64,000 nt of DNA from Shigella phage Henu11: the sequence record OM953433; one strand, given 5' to 3'. The notes under the pieces were generated by a model that was not told where the DNA came from, did not search any database, and saw only the letters and a program-made list of their open reading frames with translations. This document shows, piece by piece, positions 28,722-37,652 of the stretch (position 1 is its first letter; every line of letters begins with the position of its first letter). The position numbers and the translations under genes are program-made.

Positions 28722-28882
28722 AAATTGTTCTTTCACTCGGTTGTATAGTTGCTATTGCAATGTTACTATGCAAGTACTTCTCAGAGACTGAACCTTGTGA
28801 TGAGTGTGAAGGTTCTGGGGTAGTTGGTATAGGTCATTGTTGCCCTTACTGTAATGGAACTGGAAAGAAATTTAAAAAGTAA
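28703..28882 (+). CDS. small membrane-anchored zinc-ribbon protein (59 aa)
   Basis: not in ORF track; N-terminal TM helix then CDECEGSG and CPYCNGTG (CxxCxGxG) pairs. Confidence 0.4.
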   Translation: MQGYWLEIVLSLGCIVAIAMLLCKYFSETEPCDECEGSGVVGIGHCCPYCNGTGKKFKK

Positions 28883-28883
28883 C

Positions 28884-28914
28884 TTGACAGTGGCATCTAT
28901 AAAATTATATAGTT
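28884..28914 (+). promoter_or_regulatory. sigma70-like promoter upstream of rIIA-like gene
   Basis: TTGACA then about 17 bp then TATATA/ATATAG. Confidence 0.4.
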
Positions 28915-28944
28915 TGCCACATCGACAACTAAGGAGATATTCTT

Positions 28945-31317
28945 ATGCGCATGGTAAATGACCACGCAACGGTAATTAAAAGCTCAAGTACACTGGAAAC
29001 CTCTCAGGCTCAGATTAAGATGACACCTGAAATGTTCAGTCTTCTAAGCTCAGGTGTTTACACATATAAAGAACGTGCTGTAATTCGTGAATTGTCATGT
29101 AACGCAGTAGATGCTCACATTGATTCTGGTAACGTTGATAAACCTTTCTTGGTTCACTTACCAACTCGTTTCGAGCCATTCTTTGAAGTTCGTGACTTTG
29201 GTACAGGACTGACTCATGATAAAGTTATGAAACTTTACATGACCTATGGAGAATCTACAAAGAACGATTCAAACGACTACATTGGTGCTATGGGTATCGG
29301 TTCAAAGTCCCCATTTGCAATTGCTCAGTCATTCACTGTATCAAGCTATGTTGATGGTGTAGTTAACAAATACTCAGTTTACCTTGAGAATGGTATCCCT
29401 CAAGTAACTAAGTTGACTACTAACCCAACTACAGAGCCAAATGGTTTAGCTGTTCGAGTAGCGGTATCCGATAACCGTATCAACAAGTTTCATGAAGAAG
29501 CGAGCAATGTATACTCGTACTTTAAAGTTAAGCCAGAGTGTAATGTTGAGTACTATGACATTCTTGAAGCAATGACTTCCATTTCTCGTGAAGATGGTGT
29601 CTATGATGCAATGAAGTACAAAGAGAACTGGCGCTCAAATAGTAACAGCGTCCATTTCAATGTAATCATGGGTAACATTGCTTATCCGGTTGAAATGGGT
29701 GAGTTGCTTGGCTCAGAGTTTACAAACATTCTGCCTCAGTTCTTCCGTAGTGCTGTAGACCTTGTTAACATCTACATGCCAATTGGTTCAGTGGCTATTG
29801 CTGCATCTCGTGAAGCATTGCAGATGAATGAGACCACTAAGACCAAGATTGTTGAAGCTGTGAAGAAAATCACTAAGACAATCGTAGAAGATGTGGTAAA
29901 AGAGATTGCTAACAAGCCAACTCTGATTGATGCTGCTCAAGCCTATGATACCATGAGGAAGGAGGCTCGTGAAATCTTTATTCACGTCCAAGATTCTCTG
30001 GAATGGCAAGGCCAGAACTTGAAAAAGCTTGAACAAAAACTGTTAGGTATCCGTCGTGGTCAGTTAACTGAAGCAGATGGTTCTCCGTCATTCTTGAAAG
30101 ATGATGCAGGTAACTTGAGGCTTGACAAAGATGGTAATCCAGTTCCTAATATTGGTAATCTGTATGAACCTGTAGCATACTACAAGTACAGCAGTCTGGA
30201 GAACCGTATTCGAGCAACTTCAGCAACTTATTCACAAGATGCAGCAATGTTTAGTATCTTTGGTGCAATGAGTAAAGACAAGTTGAGCAACTATTTGTTC
30301 CTTATTAATGACCGTCGAAACAAGAACGGGTCTGAGAAGACAACTGGTAAAAACCAGATTATCCGTGGAGCTTGCCGTGACCGTGAACAGGAAGACTCTA
30401 ACTTCCGTCGCTACAATGGTATTGCTTTCTTGTTCAGCAGTCAGCAGCAATTTGATGAGTTTGTAGCTTTGCATATGCTTGACAAGAGTCTGTTAAGTGT
30501 GCATACAATGTCATCTAAAGAGCACCACTATGAAAAACGTACTATTGTACGTGGTGTTGTAAAACTGTATAAAGCATTTATATGTCCAAATACTTACATG
30601 ATTCGTTATACAGAGGTTAAAGAGAACTTTGATGAGATTGAAGAACCACAACTGTATATCAAAGCACAGAGTGATGAAGTGATTGGTGGAATCTTCTCAT
30701 GTTCACCAGAACGTGCTGCAACGTTGATGACAGAGTTAACTGGACAGTCAGTTTATGTCTTCCGTAAAGCCAACTGGAAAAAGATTCCTGAAGACTGGAC
30801 AGAAGTCAATGAACAAGTGATGAAAGATTTCATTGATGCTACACATTGGATTGAGTATCATCGTTTCTTGACTCACCAATATATGACTAATAATCATGAT
30901 ATTACTGATTGTAATGTGATTTCTCGAAACTTTATGTTTGCTGATAAGCGTAAGTCCAGAGGCCACATTTACAGTAAAGACTTTAAGAAGACTATTTTCT
31001 TAGAGGGGAATGAAGAGGCTATAGAAGCAATGTTTGGACGCTTGGCATACACTGCTGCACCAGTTGCTTACAAAGATATTACCAGCACTCTTGATACCAT
31101 TCGCAGGAATATGAGAGGCTCTTGTAAGCCAAGAAAGGTTCTGGATAACGCTAAGAAGCGTCTTGAAAGTAAGTTCAAAGATTACTTTGAGAAACGCCGT
31201 AAAGAAAACTTCTTGCTTTCTAATCTGGATTGGAATAAAGTATCACCCGTCGAAGTTGGTAAGTTTTTAGGTTTTGACACTAAGAGCATTCCAGAAGATA
31301 CTGTATGCTGGGATTAA
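28945..31317 (+). CDS. rIIA: rIIA-like protein
   Basis: 790 aa; N-terminal GHKL-ATPase-like VIRELSCNAVDA and DFGTGL motifs; followed by rIIB-like gene. Confidence 0.7.
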   Translation: MRMVNDHATVIKSSSTLETSQAQIKMTPEMFSLLSSGVYTYKERAVIRELSCNAVDAHIDSGNVDKPFLVHLPTRFEPFFEVRDFGTGLTHDKVMKLYMTYGESTKNDSNDYIGAMGIGSKSPFAIAQSFTVSSYVDGVVNKYSVYLENGIPQVTKLTTNPTTEPNGLAVRVAVSDNRINKFHEEASNVYSYFKVKPECNVEYYDILEAMTSISREDGVYDAMKYKENWRSNSNSVHFNVIMGNIAYPVEMGELLGSEFTNILPQFFRSAVDLVNIYMPIGSVAIAASREALQMNETTKTKIVEAVKKITKTIVEDVVKEIANKPTLIDAAQAYDTMRKEAREIFIHVQDSLEWQGQNLKKLEQKLLGIRRGQLTEADGSPSFLKDDAGNLRLDKDGNPVPNIGNLYEPVAYYKYSSLENRIRATSATYSQDAAMFSIFGAMSKDKLSNYLFLINDRRNKNGSEKTTGKNQIIRGACRDREQEDSNFRRYNGIAFLFSSQQQFDEFVALHMLDKSLLSVHTMSSKEHHYEKRTIVRGVVKLYKAFICPNTYMIRYTEVKENFDEIEEPQLYIKAQSDEVIGGIFSCSPERAATLMTELTGQSVYVFRKANWKKIPEDWTEVNEQVMKDFIDATHWIEYHRFLTHQYMTNNHDITDCNVISRNFMFADKRKSRGHIYSKDFKKTIFLEGNEEAIEAMFGRLAYTAAPVAYKDITSTLDTIRRNMRGSCKPRKVLDNAKKRLESKFKDYFEKRRKENFLLSNLDWNKVSPVEVGKFLGFDTKSIPEDTVCWD

Positions 31318-31325
31318 AAAATAGT

Positions 31326-31354
31326 TTGACAGGGGCTGAAAAGCCCCTTAGAAT
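31326..31354 (+). promoter_or_regulatory. sigma70-like promoter overlapping hairpin
   Basis: TTGACA, 17 bp containing GGGGCTGAAAAGCCCC hairpin, TAGAAT. Confidence 0.45.
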
Positions 31355-31397
31355 ACGAACCACTAAGTAATTTTAAACAACAAAGAGAGATATTGAA

Positions 31398-32519
31398 ATG
31401 ACTACTAAGACTAAAGCACAAATCGACGCAGAAATCTATGCACTGGTTAAAGAAGGTAAACTGACCAAAACTGCAATCGCTCTGAAGTATAACACTTCAA
31501 CCCGTTCGGTAGGTCGTGCTGTAGAGCGCCATGAAGCAACGCTGCTGTCAGGGAAAACCAAAGCAAAACCTGCAAAGACTCTGAAAGATATTGCAAAGAG
31601 TGCTAAGAAAGTTAAAGCGACCAAGAAGGTATCTAAGCAGAAACCTGTTGCAAAAGCTGTTAAAGAAGCAGTCAAAGCAGAACCTGTAAATGCTCTGCAT
31701 GAAGCAATGCAGAATAACAGCCAGATTGAATACATGATTACTGGTGATTCTGTTATCATGACTTTCGGTGCAGAGTCTGAGATTGTTGAGTCAACTCACC
31801 CTAACTACACTGATATTGTAATGGCTGTTGTTTCAGGTGAGTACAAGAAAGCTTTTGAACTGATGAACATTCGCAAGTCTATTGAGAACTTCACTCAAGG
31901 TGCTGTAACCATCAAAGGTGACAACCTGTATTACGGTGCTGTTCAGATGCGCTCAACTCTGGTAGACCGTATTCTGGATATGATGAAGAAAGGTGATAAT
32001 GGCTTTGTTCGACTGATTGCATTCTTTGAAAAACTGATGGAAAACCCATCAAAAGACTCTGTAGAACAACTTTGGGGCTTCGTATCACACCTCGATGTTG
32101 AAATTGATGAAGAAGGTTATATCATCGGTTGGAAGAAAGTCACAACTCGTGGTGGTAAACTGTTTGACTCTCGTACCTGCAAAGTTCCAAATGATTTGGG
32201 TAACATTGTAGAGATGCCACGTTGGATGGTTGATAATAACCGCCATGTAACCTGCTCTCAGGGTCTGCACGTTGGTGCTTGGGATTATGTAACTAGCTTC
32301 TCTGGTGACACTATCCTGAAAGTTCGTGTTCATCCTCGTGATGTTGTTTCAGTACCAACTGACTACAACGACATGAAAATGCGAGCTTCCCGTTATGAAG
32401 TTGCAGCGATTGTAAATAGTCGCCGTGAAATCATCAAAGAGTGGGATGGTTCAGAAGCACTTCACGTAGTTGTAGGTACTGCTGGTGAACTGATTTCTCA
32501 GCGTAAACGTGAAGTTTAA
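31398..32519 (+). CDS. rIIB: rIIB-like protein
   Basis: 373 aa; called mainly by position after rIIA-like gene and lysine-rich N-terminal region. Confidence 0.5.
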   Translation: MTTKTKAQIDAEIYALVKEGKLTKTAIALKYNTSTRSVGRAVERHEATLLSGKTKAKPAKTLKDIAKSAKKVKATKKVSKQKPVAKAVKEAVKAEPVNALHEAMQNNSQIEYMITGDSVIMTFGAESEIVESTHPNYTDIVMAVVSGEYKKAFELMNIRKSIENFTQGAVTIKGDNLYYGAVQMRSTLVDRILDMMKKGDNGFVRLIAFFEKLMENPSKDSVEQLWGFVSHLDVEIDEEGYIIGWKKVTTRGGKLFDSRTCKVPNDLGNIVEMPRWMVDNNRHVTCSQGLHVGAWDYVTSFSGDTILKVRVHPRDVVSVPTDYNDMKMRASRYEVAAIVNSRREIIKEWDGSEALHVVVGTAGELISQRKREV

Positions 32520-32536
32520 TAAGTAAATTCCTAAAG

Positions 32537-32561
32537 GGGCTGCTTCGGCAGCCTTTTTTAT
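32537..32561 (+). terminator. rho-independent terminator
   Basis: GGGGCTGC-TTCG-GCAGCC plus TTTTTT. Confidence 0.7.
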
Positions 32562-32620
32562 TTGAAAAATGTGCAGGTTAGTGTATAATTATCTGCATGT
32601 TTAACAAAATAGGAGTGCAA

Positions 32621-33169
32621 ATGAAGAAATTTGTTTTAGGTTTGTGCTTATTCTTTACAGCACATTTAGCTACAGCGTCTGACTGTCCAGAGCTTACAAT
32701 CAGCCAGAAAGTTAATATGTTAAAAGCATATAACTATGGCGAAGGACAGATGGGAAAAGGTTGGGGAATCCCTTTAGCAGCTATAGCCTTACAAGAGTCA
32801 CAATTAGGTGTCATGTTAGAAAATAAAAAGACTCATGATTATGGTGTTTTCCAAAATCACTTGAAGACTGTTGTAAAGCGTAACAAGGTATCTCCAAAGG
32901 TTGCTAAGAAGAAGCTAGTAAGTGACTTCCATTACTCAGCGAAAGAGGCTCATAAGGAGCTATTATTCTGGACTAAGGTTCATGGTAACCCAGATGGAAA
33001 GTACTCTATGAAGCGTGTCCTAGCTTCTTATAATGCTGGTTACAAATACAAGATTCCAAAGGCTAGACAATACTCTCAAGATGTGTACAATAACATGAAA
33101 CTGCTTGCTCAATGTGAGTTTGCAACAAACATTAAAAAGGTAAAATATGAGCGAATCAAAACAATTTGA
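32621..33169 (+). CDS. secreted protein with lytic-transglycosylase-like motif
   Basis: signal peptide MKKFVLGLCLFFTAHLATA; AIALQESQLG resembles SLT-domain catalytic motif; start at ATG with AGGAG RBS. Confidence 0.45.
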   Translation: MKKFVLGLCLFFTAHLATASDCPELTISQKVNMLKAYNYGEGQMGKGWGIPLAAIALQESQLGVMLENKKTHDYGVFQNHLKTVVKRNKVSPKVAKKKLVSDFHYSAKEAHKELLFWTKVHGNPDGKYSMKRVLASYNAGYKYKIPKARQYSQDVYNNMKLLAQCEFATNIKKVKYERIKTI

Positions 33170-33842
33170 TATGGTTCTGTGTCATGCTTATGATATTAAG
33201 CCACTTGATTTAGATATCAGTTCTGCAAGTTGGTCAGATATTGCTAAAGCTGACTTTGCAGATACAGCAAGAAATGTTGTGTGTAGATTTGAAGACTTCC
33301 ACTCAACAAAGACACAGATTCCTTGTCAGGATTTGCTAACAGGTAAAACTGTAGATGTTGGTCGTAACAGCCTTATCTTGGTTGCAAAGAACTTGGAAGA
33401 AAAACGTAAAATGGTCTTAGCAGACATTGACGGTGTTCTTACAAGCTTTAATAAGGAGCTTAATGCAACTTTGTTAGATGATGGTACTTACTCACAGTAT
33501 ACTAACTTGGTAGACTCTCGCAGAGCTAAACCAACATATGTTTTTAACATCCTGTGTGGTATATCAAGAAATGCTGATATAGGATTCTTAACTGCTCGTG
33601 GAGAATCACAAAGAGTTGTCACACATCTTTTCCTGAATGAGAATGTAGACAGTGATTTCCTACTGTTTATGCGTGGATTTGGTGACAATGAGATTAGTGC
33701 AGAAAGTTTGAAAGTTCGTATGCTTCAGTCTTGCATTCTACCTTACTATGATGTAGTATGCTTTATAGAAGATACAGTGAAGAACGTGGCAAAGGTTGAA
33801 AGAATCTTACCACACATCAAAACAATGCTTGTTAAAAACTGA
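33147..33842 (+). CDS. putative HAD-superfamily phosphatase
   Basis: 231 aa; LADIDGVLT resembles HAD motif I. Confidence 0.4.
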   Translation: MSESKQFDMVLCHAYDIKPLDLDISSASWSDIAKADFADTARNVVCRFEDFHSTKTQIPCQDLLTGKTVDVGRNSLILVAKNLEEKRKMVLADIDGVLTSFNKELNATLLDDGTYSQYTNLVDSRRAKPTYVFNILCGISRNADIGFLTARGESQRVVTHLFLNENVDSDFLLFMRGFGDNEISAESLKVRMLQSCILPYYDVVCFIEDTVKNVAKVERILPHIKTMLVKN

Positions 33843-33853
33843 GAGAGTAAACC

Positions 33854-34318
33854 ATGCAAAATATTATTACAGTAGCTATCGATGCTTCCGGTAACAAATC
33901 ACAGATAGTTCGTGAGATTATCAAAAGTAATTTCGATGGTAAAATCTTTCGTGCAGTAAACGTGAAAGCTGATGGTAACATTCGTGAGTATCGTGCAATG
34001 TTGAATGTCACAAAACACGTTAAAGGTGTTGGTTCAACTACTGCTCATAAAGAAAATCTGATGACTATCTATGATATGGGTATGGCTTCAGAGTTAGGTG
34101 CAAAAGGGATTGTACAATCCGGTGCTCCTTACCGTTCTTTCAATCTGGAAACTGCTCTTATGCTTTCCTTTACAAGTGGTTCTCAGACTACCACTTACCT
34201 CTTCACAGATACTGCAACGGTTTCTGCGATTAAGGATAATACCATTAAGGCTGGCGTAGCTGCTGCTTCAAAAGCCTCAACAATGGCAGCAAATGTCCTT
34301 GCGAAAGTTCTTGGTTAA
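33854..34318 (+). CDS. hypothetical protein
   Basis: 154 aa; followed by terminator. Confidence 0.45.
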   Translation: MQNIITVAIDASGNKSQIVREIIKSNFDGKIFRAVNVKADGNIREYRAMLNVTKHVKGVGSTTAHKENLMTIYDMGMASELGAKGIVQSGAPYRSFNLETALMLSFTSGSQTTTYLFTDTATVSAIKDNTIKAGVAAASKASTMAANVLAKVLG

Positions 34319-34329
34319 AGTTATTATAG

Positions 34330-34352
34330 AGGCTCCTTCGGGAGCCTTTTTC
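34330..34352 (+). terminator. rho-independent terminator
   Basis: GAGGCTCC-TTCG-GGAGCC plus TTTTT. Confidence 0.7.
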
Positions 34353-34370
34353 ATTTCTAGGAGAAGTTAA

Positions 34371-34718
34371 ATGACGTTTAAAGAATTTTGTCAAGCAGCT
34401 TTTGTAATCATTTTCTTAATAGGTGTTGGTGCTTGGGGAGGTTACACTTACAAGACCAGTCAAGTTAATGAAAAGGAGTTAACTAACCAGAGACTTGTAA
34501 GTGTTGCTAAAGATGCTTATCAAGAAGGTTTATCAAATCTTAGCTCCAATTACAAAAATGATTTGAAAGATGTGCTTGCTAAAAACAAACACACCAAAGA
34601 GGTATTGAACTATGAAAAAACTAAGACAGTCTTTATTAATGATTGTGCTACTGAGCCTTATGTCAGGGTGTTCAACGAACAAAGTGAACAGTACCTTCAA
34701 AAACTCCCAAGTAAGTGA
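34371..34718 (+). CDS. candidate i-spanin (N-terminal TM protein)
   Basis: 115 aa; N-terminal TM AFVIIFLIGVGAWGG then charged region; 3' end overlaps lipoprotein ORF out of frame. Confidence 0.4.
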   Translation: MTFKEFCQAAFVIIFLIGVGAWGGYTYKTSQVNEKELTNQRLVSVAKDAYQEGLSNLSSNYKNDLKDVLAKNKHTKEVLNYEKTKTVFINDCATEPYVRVFNEQSEQYLQKLPSK

Positions 34719-34881
34719 GAGTGACAAGTACACTCAAGAAGAAGCACGATATGAGGTTAAAGGCACTAAAGGTGAAGACCTTGCAAGTGCTCTTGAGTTT
34801 TATCGTGATGGTTACTATGAATGTACTATTAAGGCAAACAATTTAATTGATATGATTTTGTTAGGGAATAGGCAGCAATGA
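34612..34881 (+). CDS. candidate o-spanin (lipoprotein)
   Basis: 89 aa; signal peptide with lipobox LMSGC; begins inside 34371-34718 in another frame. Confidence 0.4.
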   Translation: MKKLRQSLLMIVLLSLMSGCSTNKVNSTFKNSQVSESDKYTQEEARYEVKGTKGEDLASALEFYRDGYYECTIKANNLIDMILLGNRQQ

Positions 34882-35147
34882 CAGAGAAGAATGAAACATT
34901 TTTTGTGGAAGGTTATCTTCTGTTACCAAGACCAAATAACACTTACATGAGATTTGACATTATGCCAACGGTTATGGATGATGTAACTTGTCACATCTTT
35001 ATGCAGGGTGTTTCTGCACAACTTAAACATGTTGGAAGAGATTGCAAAATACGTGTTGACAACCATCCTGAAATCAACGAGAATCACTACACATGGTTCG
35101 GAGAAGAGTCTAAAGAAATCTATGCAGTCCTTAAAACGAGGAAGTGA
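34878..35147 (+). CDS. hypothetical protein
   Basis: 89 aa. Confidence 0.4.
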   Translation: MTEKNETFFVEGYLLLPRPNNTYMRFDIMPTVMDDVTCHIFMQGVSAQLKHVGRDCKIRVDNHPEINENHYTWFGEESKEIYAVLKTRK

Positions 35148-35153
35148 GGTTTA

Positions 35154-35483
35154 GTGATGCAACTAGATGGTAAGAATTATGTAGCCGTCTTTTCAGACGG
35201 TGAGAAAGAAATTGGTACAGCACAAGTCTGTCACAGTGGTAAAGAGTTTCTCTATGGGGTTGTTGCATTCATTGGTACTCGTGGAGATATGAAGTCTTTT
35301 AAAGATTGTGTTGACAAGCTTGAAGAATCCATAGAGAATCATTGGTGTCTGATATGGCTTAATGCAGAGAATGTTAAAGAACGCTATGCAAAAGTTGGTA
35401 TCCATATTGAAAGCATCGAACATGTTGACCTGTTTGAGCTAACTGAAAAGGTGATGTATGAAAGCAATTCTGGTAAGAAGTAA
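35154..35483 (+). CDS. hypothetical protein
   Basis: 109 aa. Confidence 0.4.
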   Translation: MMQLDGKNYVAVFSDGEKEIGTAQVCHSGKEFLYGVVAFIGTRGDMKSFKDCVDKLEESIENHWCLIWLNAENVKERYAKVGIHIESIEHVDLFELTEKVMYESNSGKK

Positions 35484-35694
35484 AGTTACACGTCAAGTGT
35501 TAGTAGGGGCTATATTTGTTGGACGGGATGAGGTAATACCATTCATGAACCCCTTGATTCACTACAACTTCAAGATAGGGGATTTTAAACACTACCTGAA
35601 TCCTCTGCTTACAAGATTAAGCTTAGAAGAGTTTAAGTGTAATTACTCTTATGAAGGTGATACATACTTCCAAGAGGTAATATCAAATGGCTGA
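35458..35694 (+). CDS. hypothetical protein
   Basis: 78 aa. Confidence 0.35.
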   Translation: MKAILVRSKVTRQVLVGAIFVGRDEVIPFMNPLIHYNFKIGDFKHYLNPLLTRLSLEEFKCNYSYEGDTYFQEVISNG

Positions 35695-35887
35695 TTTCTG
35701 CACTAAGTGTTCTGTTGAGATGTTTGGAAAAGATACAGGAGACTTAAAAGGTCTCTTTACAAAGGCAGAATTTAAAGCTGGTTCAGCAATGCCAGTAATC
35801 TGTGAAGGTTGCGGTGCTTTATGGGTAGACCATGAAGGTAACCGAGTTAAACCATCTGAAGATAACGAACGTTGGGAGCATTACTAA
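35687..35887 (+). CDS. small zinc-ribbon protein
   Basis: 66 aa; CTKC...CEGC cysteine pairs. Confidence 0.4.
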   Translation: MADFCTKCSVEMFGKDTGDLKGLFTKAEFKAGSAMPVICEGCGALWVDHEGNRVKPSEDNERWEHY

Positions 35888-35888
35888 T

Positions 35889-36683
35889 ATGGGTATCGTA
35901 AAAATTATTAAAGGTGATATCTTTAAAGATTTTGATGGTAAGAAGTTTGATATCATTGGTCACGGTTGTAACTGCATGAACTTGATGCCAGCAGGTATCG
36001 CAGCAACAATTGCTAAACGCTACCCAAAAGCTTATGAAACTGACGCTGAAGTTTATGCTACAGTAGGTGGTGAAAATCATAACCCTAAGCATCTAATGCT
36101 TGGTAACATCTCTGTAGCACGTTTTAAGCAGGGTCGAATTGCTAACCTTTACACTCAGGTTATCACTGGCAAAGATGCACGATACAACGCCTTAGAAGCA
36201 GCTTTACAGCGTCTTAACAACTACTGTAAAGTTAATCAACTTAAGAAAGTTGGGCTTCCGATGATTGGTGCAGGGATTGGTGGTCTTGATAGCATGGCTG
36301 TACTGTCCATTATCAACCAGACTATGAAGGATGTTGACGTTTATATGTATGTCTATGAAGATAAGATGTACAGTCAGTTGACTAGTCCTGTTACTGGTTG
36401 GGAGAACTTCAGTGAGCCTCAATACTTTGATGGTGTTGCTGTGGTAGGCAAGGATAAAGTTACCCTCAAGGTGAAGCGTAATGGCAAGGTACACACCAGT
36501 TACCCTCCGGTTGAGAAGTACAATCGAAGTAACGCTCAAGTTACCCACCCGTTACAAGGCCACCACCACAGAGCGGTAACGTTTGGCGATGATGCAAGTG
36601 TATATATCAATGCGACTACAGAAGAGTTTGCAGAAGATTATATCACACATGAAAACGTAAACTATGTTGAAGCACGTAACTAA
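35889..36683 (+). CDS. macro-domain (ADP-ribose binding/processing) protein
   Basis: about 264 aa from ATG after upstream stop; IIKGDIF, FDIIGHGCNCMNLMPAGIA and LPMIGAGIGGLD resemble macro-domain glycine-rich motifs; C-terminal extension unknown. Confidence 0.6.
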   Translation: MGIVKIIKGDIFKDFDGKKFDIIGHGCNCMNLMPAGIAATIAKRYPKAYETDAEVYATVGGENHNPKHLMLGNISVARFKQGRIANLYTQVITGKDARYNALEAALQRLNNYCKVNQLKKVGLPMIGAGIGGLDSMAVLSIINQTMKDVDVYMYVYEDKMYSQLTSPVTGWENFSEPQYFDGVAVVGKDKVTLKVKRNGKVHTSYPPVEKYNRSNAQVTHPLQGHHHRAVTFGDDASVYINATTEEFAEDYITHENVNYVEARN

Positions 36684-36710
36684 TAAGTTACCCAGATAAA
36701 CATAGACAAG

Positions 36711-36756
36711 CCCTCCAAAGTTTGAGTTTAAAATCTCAGGTAAGGAGGGCTTTTTC
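36711..36756 (+). terminator. rho-independent terminator
   Basis: CCCTCC...GGAGGG long hairpin plus TTTTT. Confidence 0.55.
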
Positions 36757-36940
36757 ATTTTAAATTTGTGCAGGTATAGTTGCATAGAACTCTGGACAGA
36801 TTTCTTTAGCTGAACTCCAAAGGGAAAATTCATTTCAAATTTGTGCAGGTTTAGACTCCAAAGGGGTTTTTCATTTTCAATCTGTGCAGATGCAGTTGGA
36901 CTCCAAAGGGAAAATTCATTTTCAGTTTGTGCAGGTAGGT
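36749..36940. repeat. four direct ~40-bp repeats (CTCCAAAGGG..TTCATTT..TTTGTGCAGGT)
   Basis: copies near 36749, 36824, 36856, 36900; TGTGCAGGT also at 32566. Confidence 0.7.
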
Positions 36941-36956
36941 AGCTGTAGGAAACCAG

Positions 36957-36988
36957 CCCCACCATCCCCTCTTACTCCCCTTCCTCCC
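36957..36988 (-). other. G-quadruplex / i-motif-forming tract
   Basis: four C-runs (CCCC,CCCC,CCCC,CCC) with 5-7 nt loops on plus strand, unusual in AT-rich genome. Confidence 0.4.
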
Positions 36989-37108
36989 AAAAGTCAAGAT
37001 AAAAATTTGTAGAGAACTCAAAAATAATTCTTGACTAGATTCCTGTTTTAGTGTATCCGCATACGTGCGTTCTATTCACGAAACATCAAAAATATTTTTA
37101 AAAATTTT

Positions 37109-37137
37109 GTTGACTTCATAAATCCAGTCTTATAGTA
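37109..37137 (+). promoter_or_regulatory. sigma70-like promoter with AT-rich upstream element, upstream of small-gene array
   Basis: TTGACT, about 17 bp, TAGTAT; preceded by AAAAATATTTTTAAAAATTTT. Confidence 0.45.
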
Positions 37138-37187
37138 TTTGCATCAACGGGAAACATCCCAACAATCCTAAACTGGAGAATCTGAAA

Positions 37188-37394
37188 ATGTTATATCAAC
37201 GTGAGTTAATGATTGTTGACAACAACAAAACAAATAAACGTCGTTTCTATATGCTAATTTGTGATGTTTGGCAACGTATCTCAGAAAAAGATTTTGATAA
37301 ATATGTTAATACGTCAATCAGGTCAGATTGTTACTTGACAAATCATACAAGACAGTTTACAAGACATACAGCAATTTATTATTACAACGTTTAA
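37188..37394 (+). CDS. small array protein
   Basis: 68 aa; preceded by conserved leader. Confidence 0.45.
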   Translation: MLYQRELMIVDNNKTNKRRFYMLICDVWQRISEKDFDKYVNTSIRSDCYLTNHTRQFTRHTAIYYYNV

Positions 37395-37406
37395 GAAGGC
37401 TTGACA

Positions 37407-37568
37407 ATGATTAAAGAAAACGATGTAATACAATACAAAGATTTAGACGGATACCTAAAAATTGGTAAAGTCTTCTATCTCTATAAATCTGCTATGGGTA
37501 ATAATTGTGTAGCCCTTACAAATGGCGATAAAATAACCATGAAAGATTTTATAAAAATTATTGCATAA
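37407..37568 (+). CDS. small array protein (53 aa)
   Basis: short ORF not in track; followed by type-B hairpin. Confidence 0.3.
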   Translation: MIKENDVIQYKDLDGYLKIGKVFYLYKSAMGNNCVALTNGDKITMKDFIKIIA

Positions 37569-37652
37569 AGTACTTTACATGGGGTTTAAAAGCTAGTATC
37601 TTAAGCCCCAGATAAAGAGCTTTACCAACAATCCTAAACTGGAGAATCTGAA

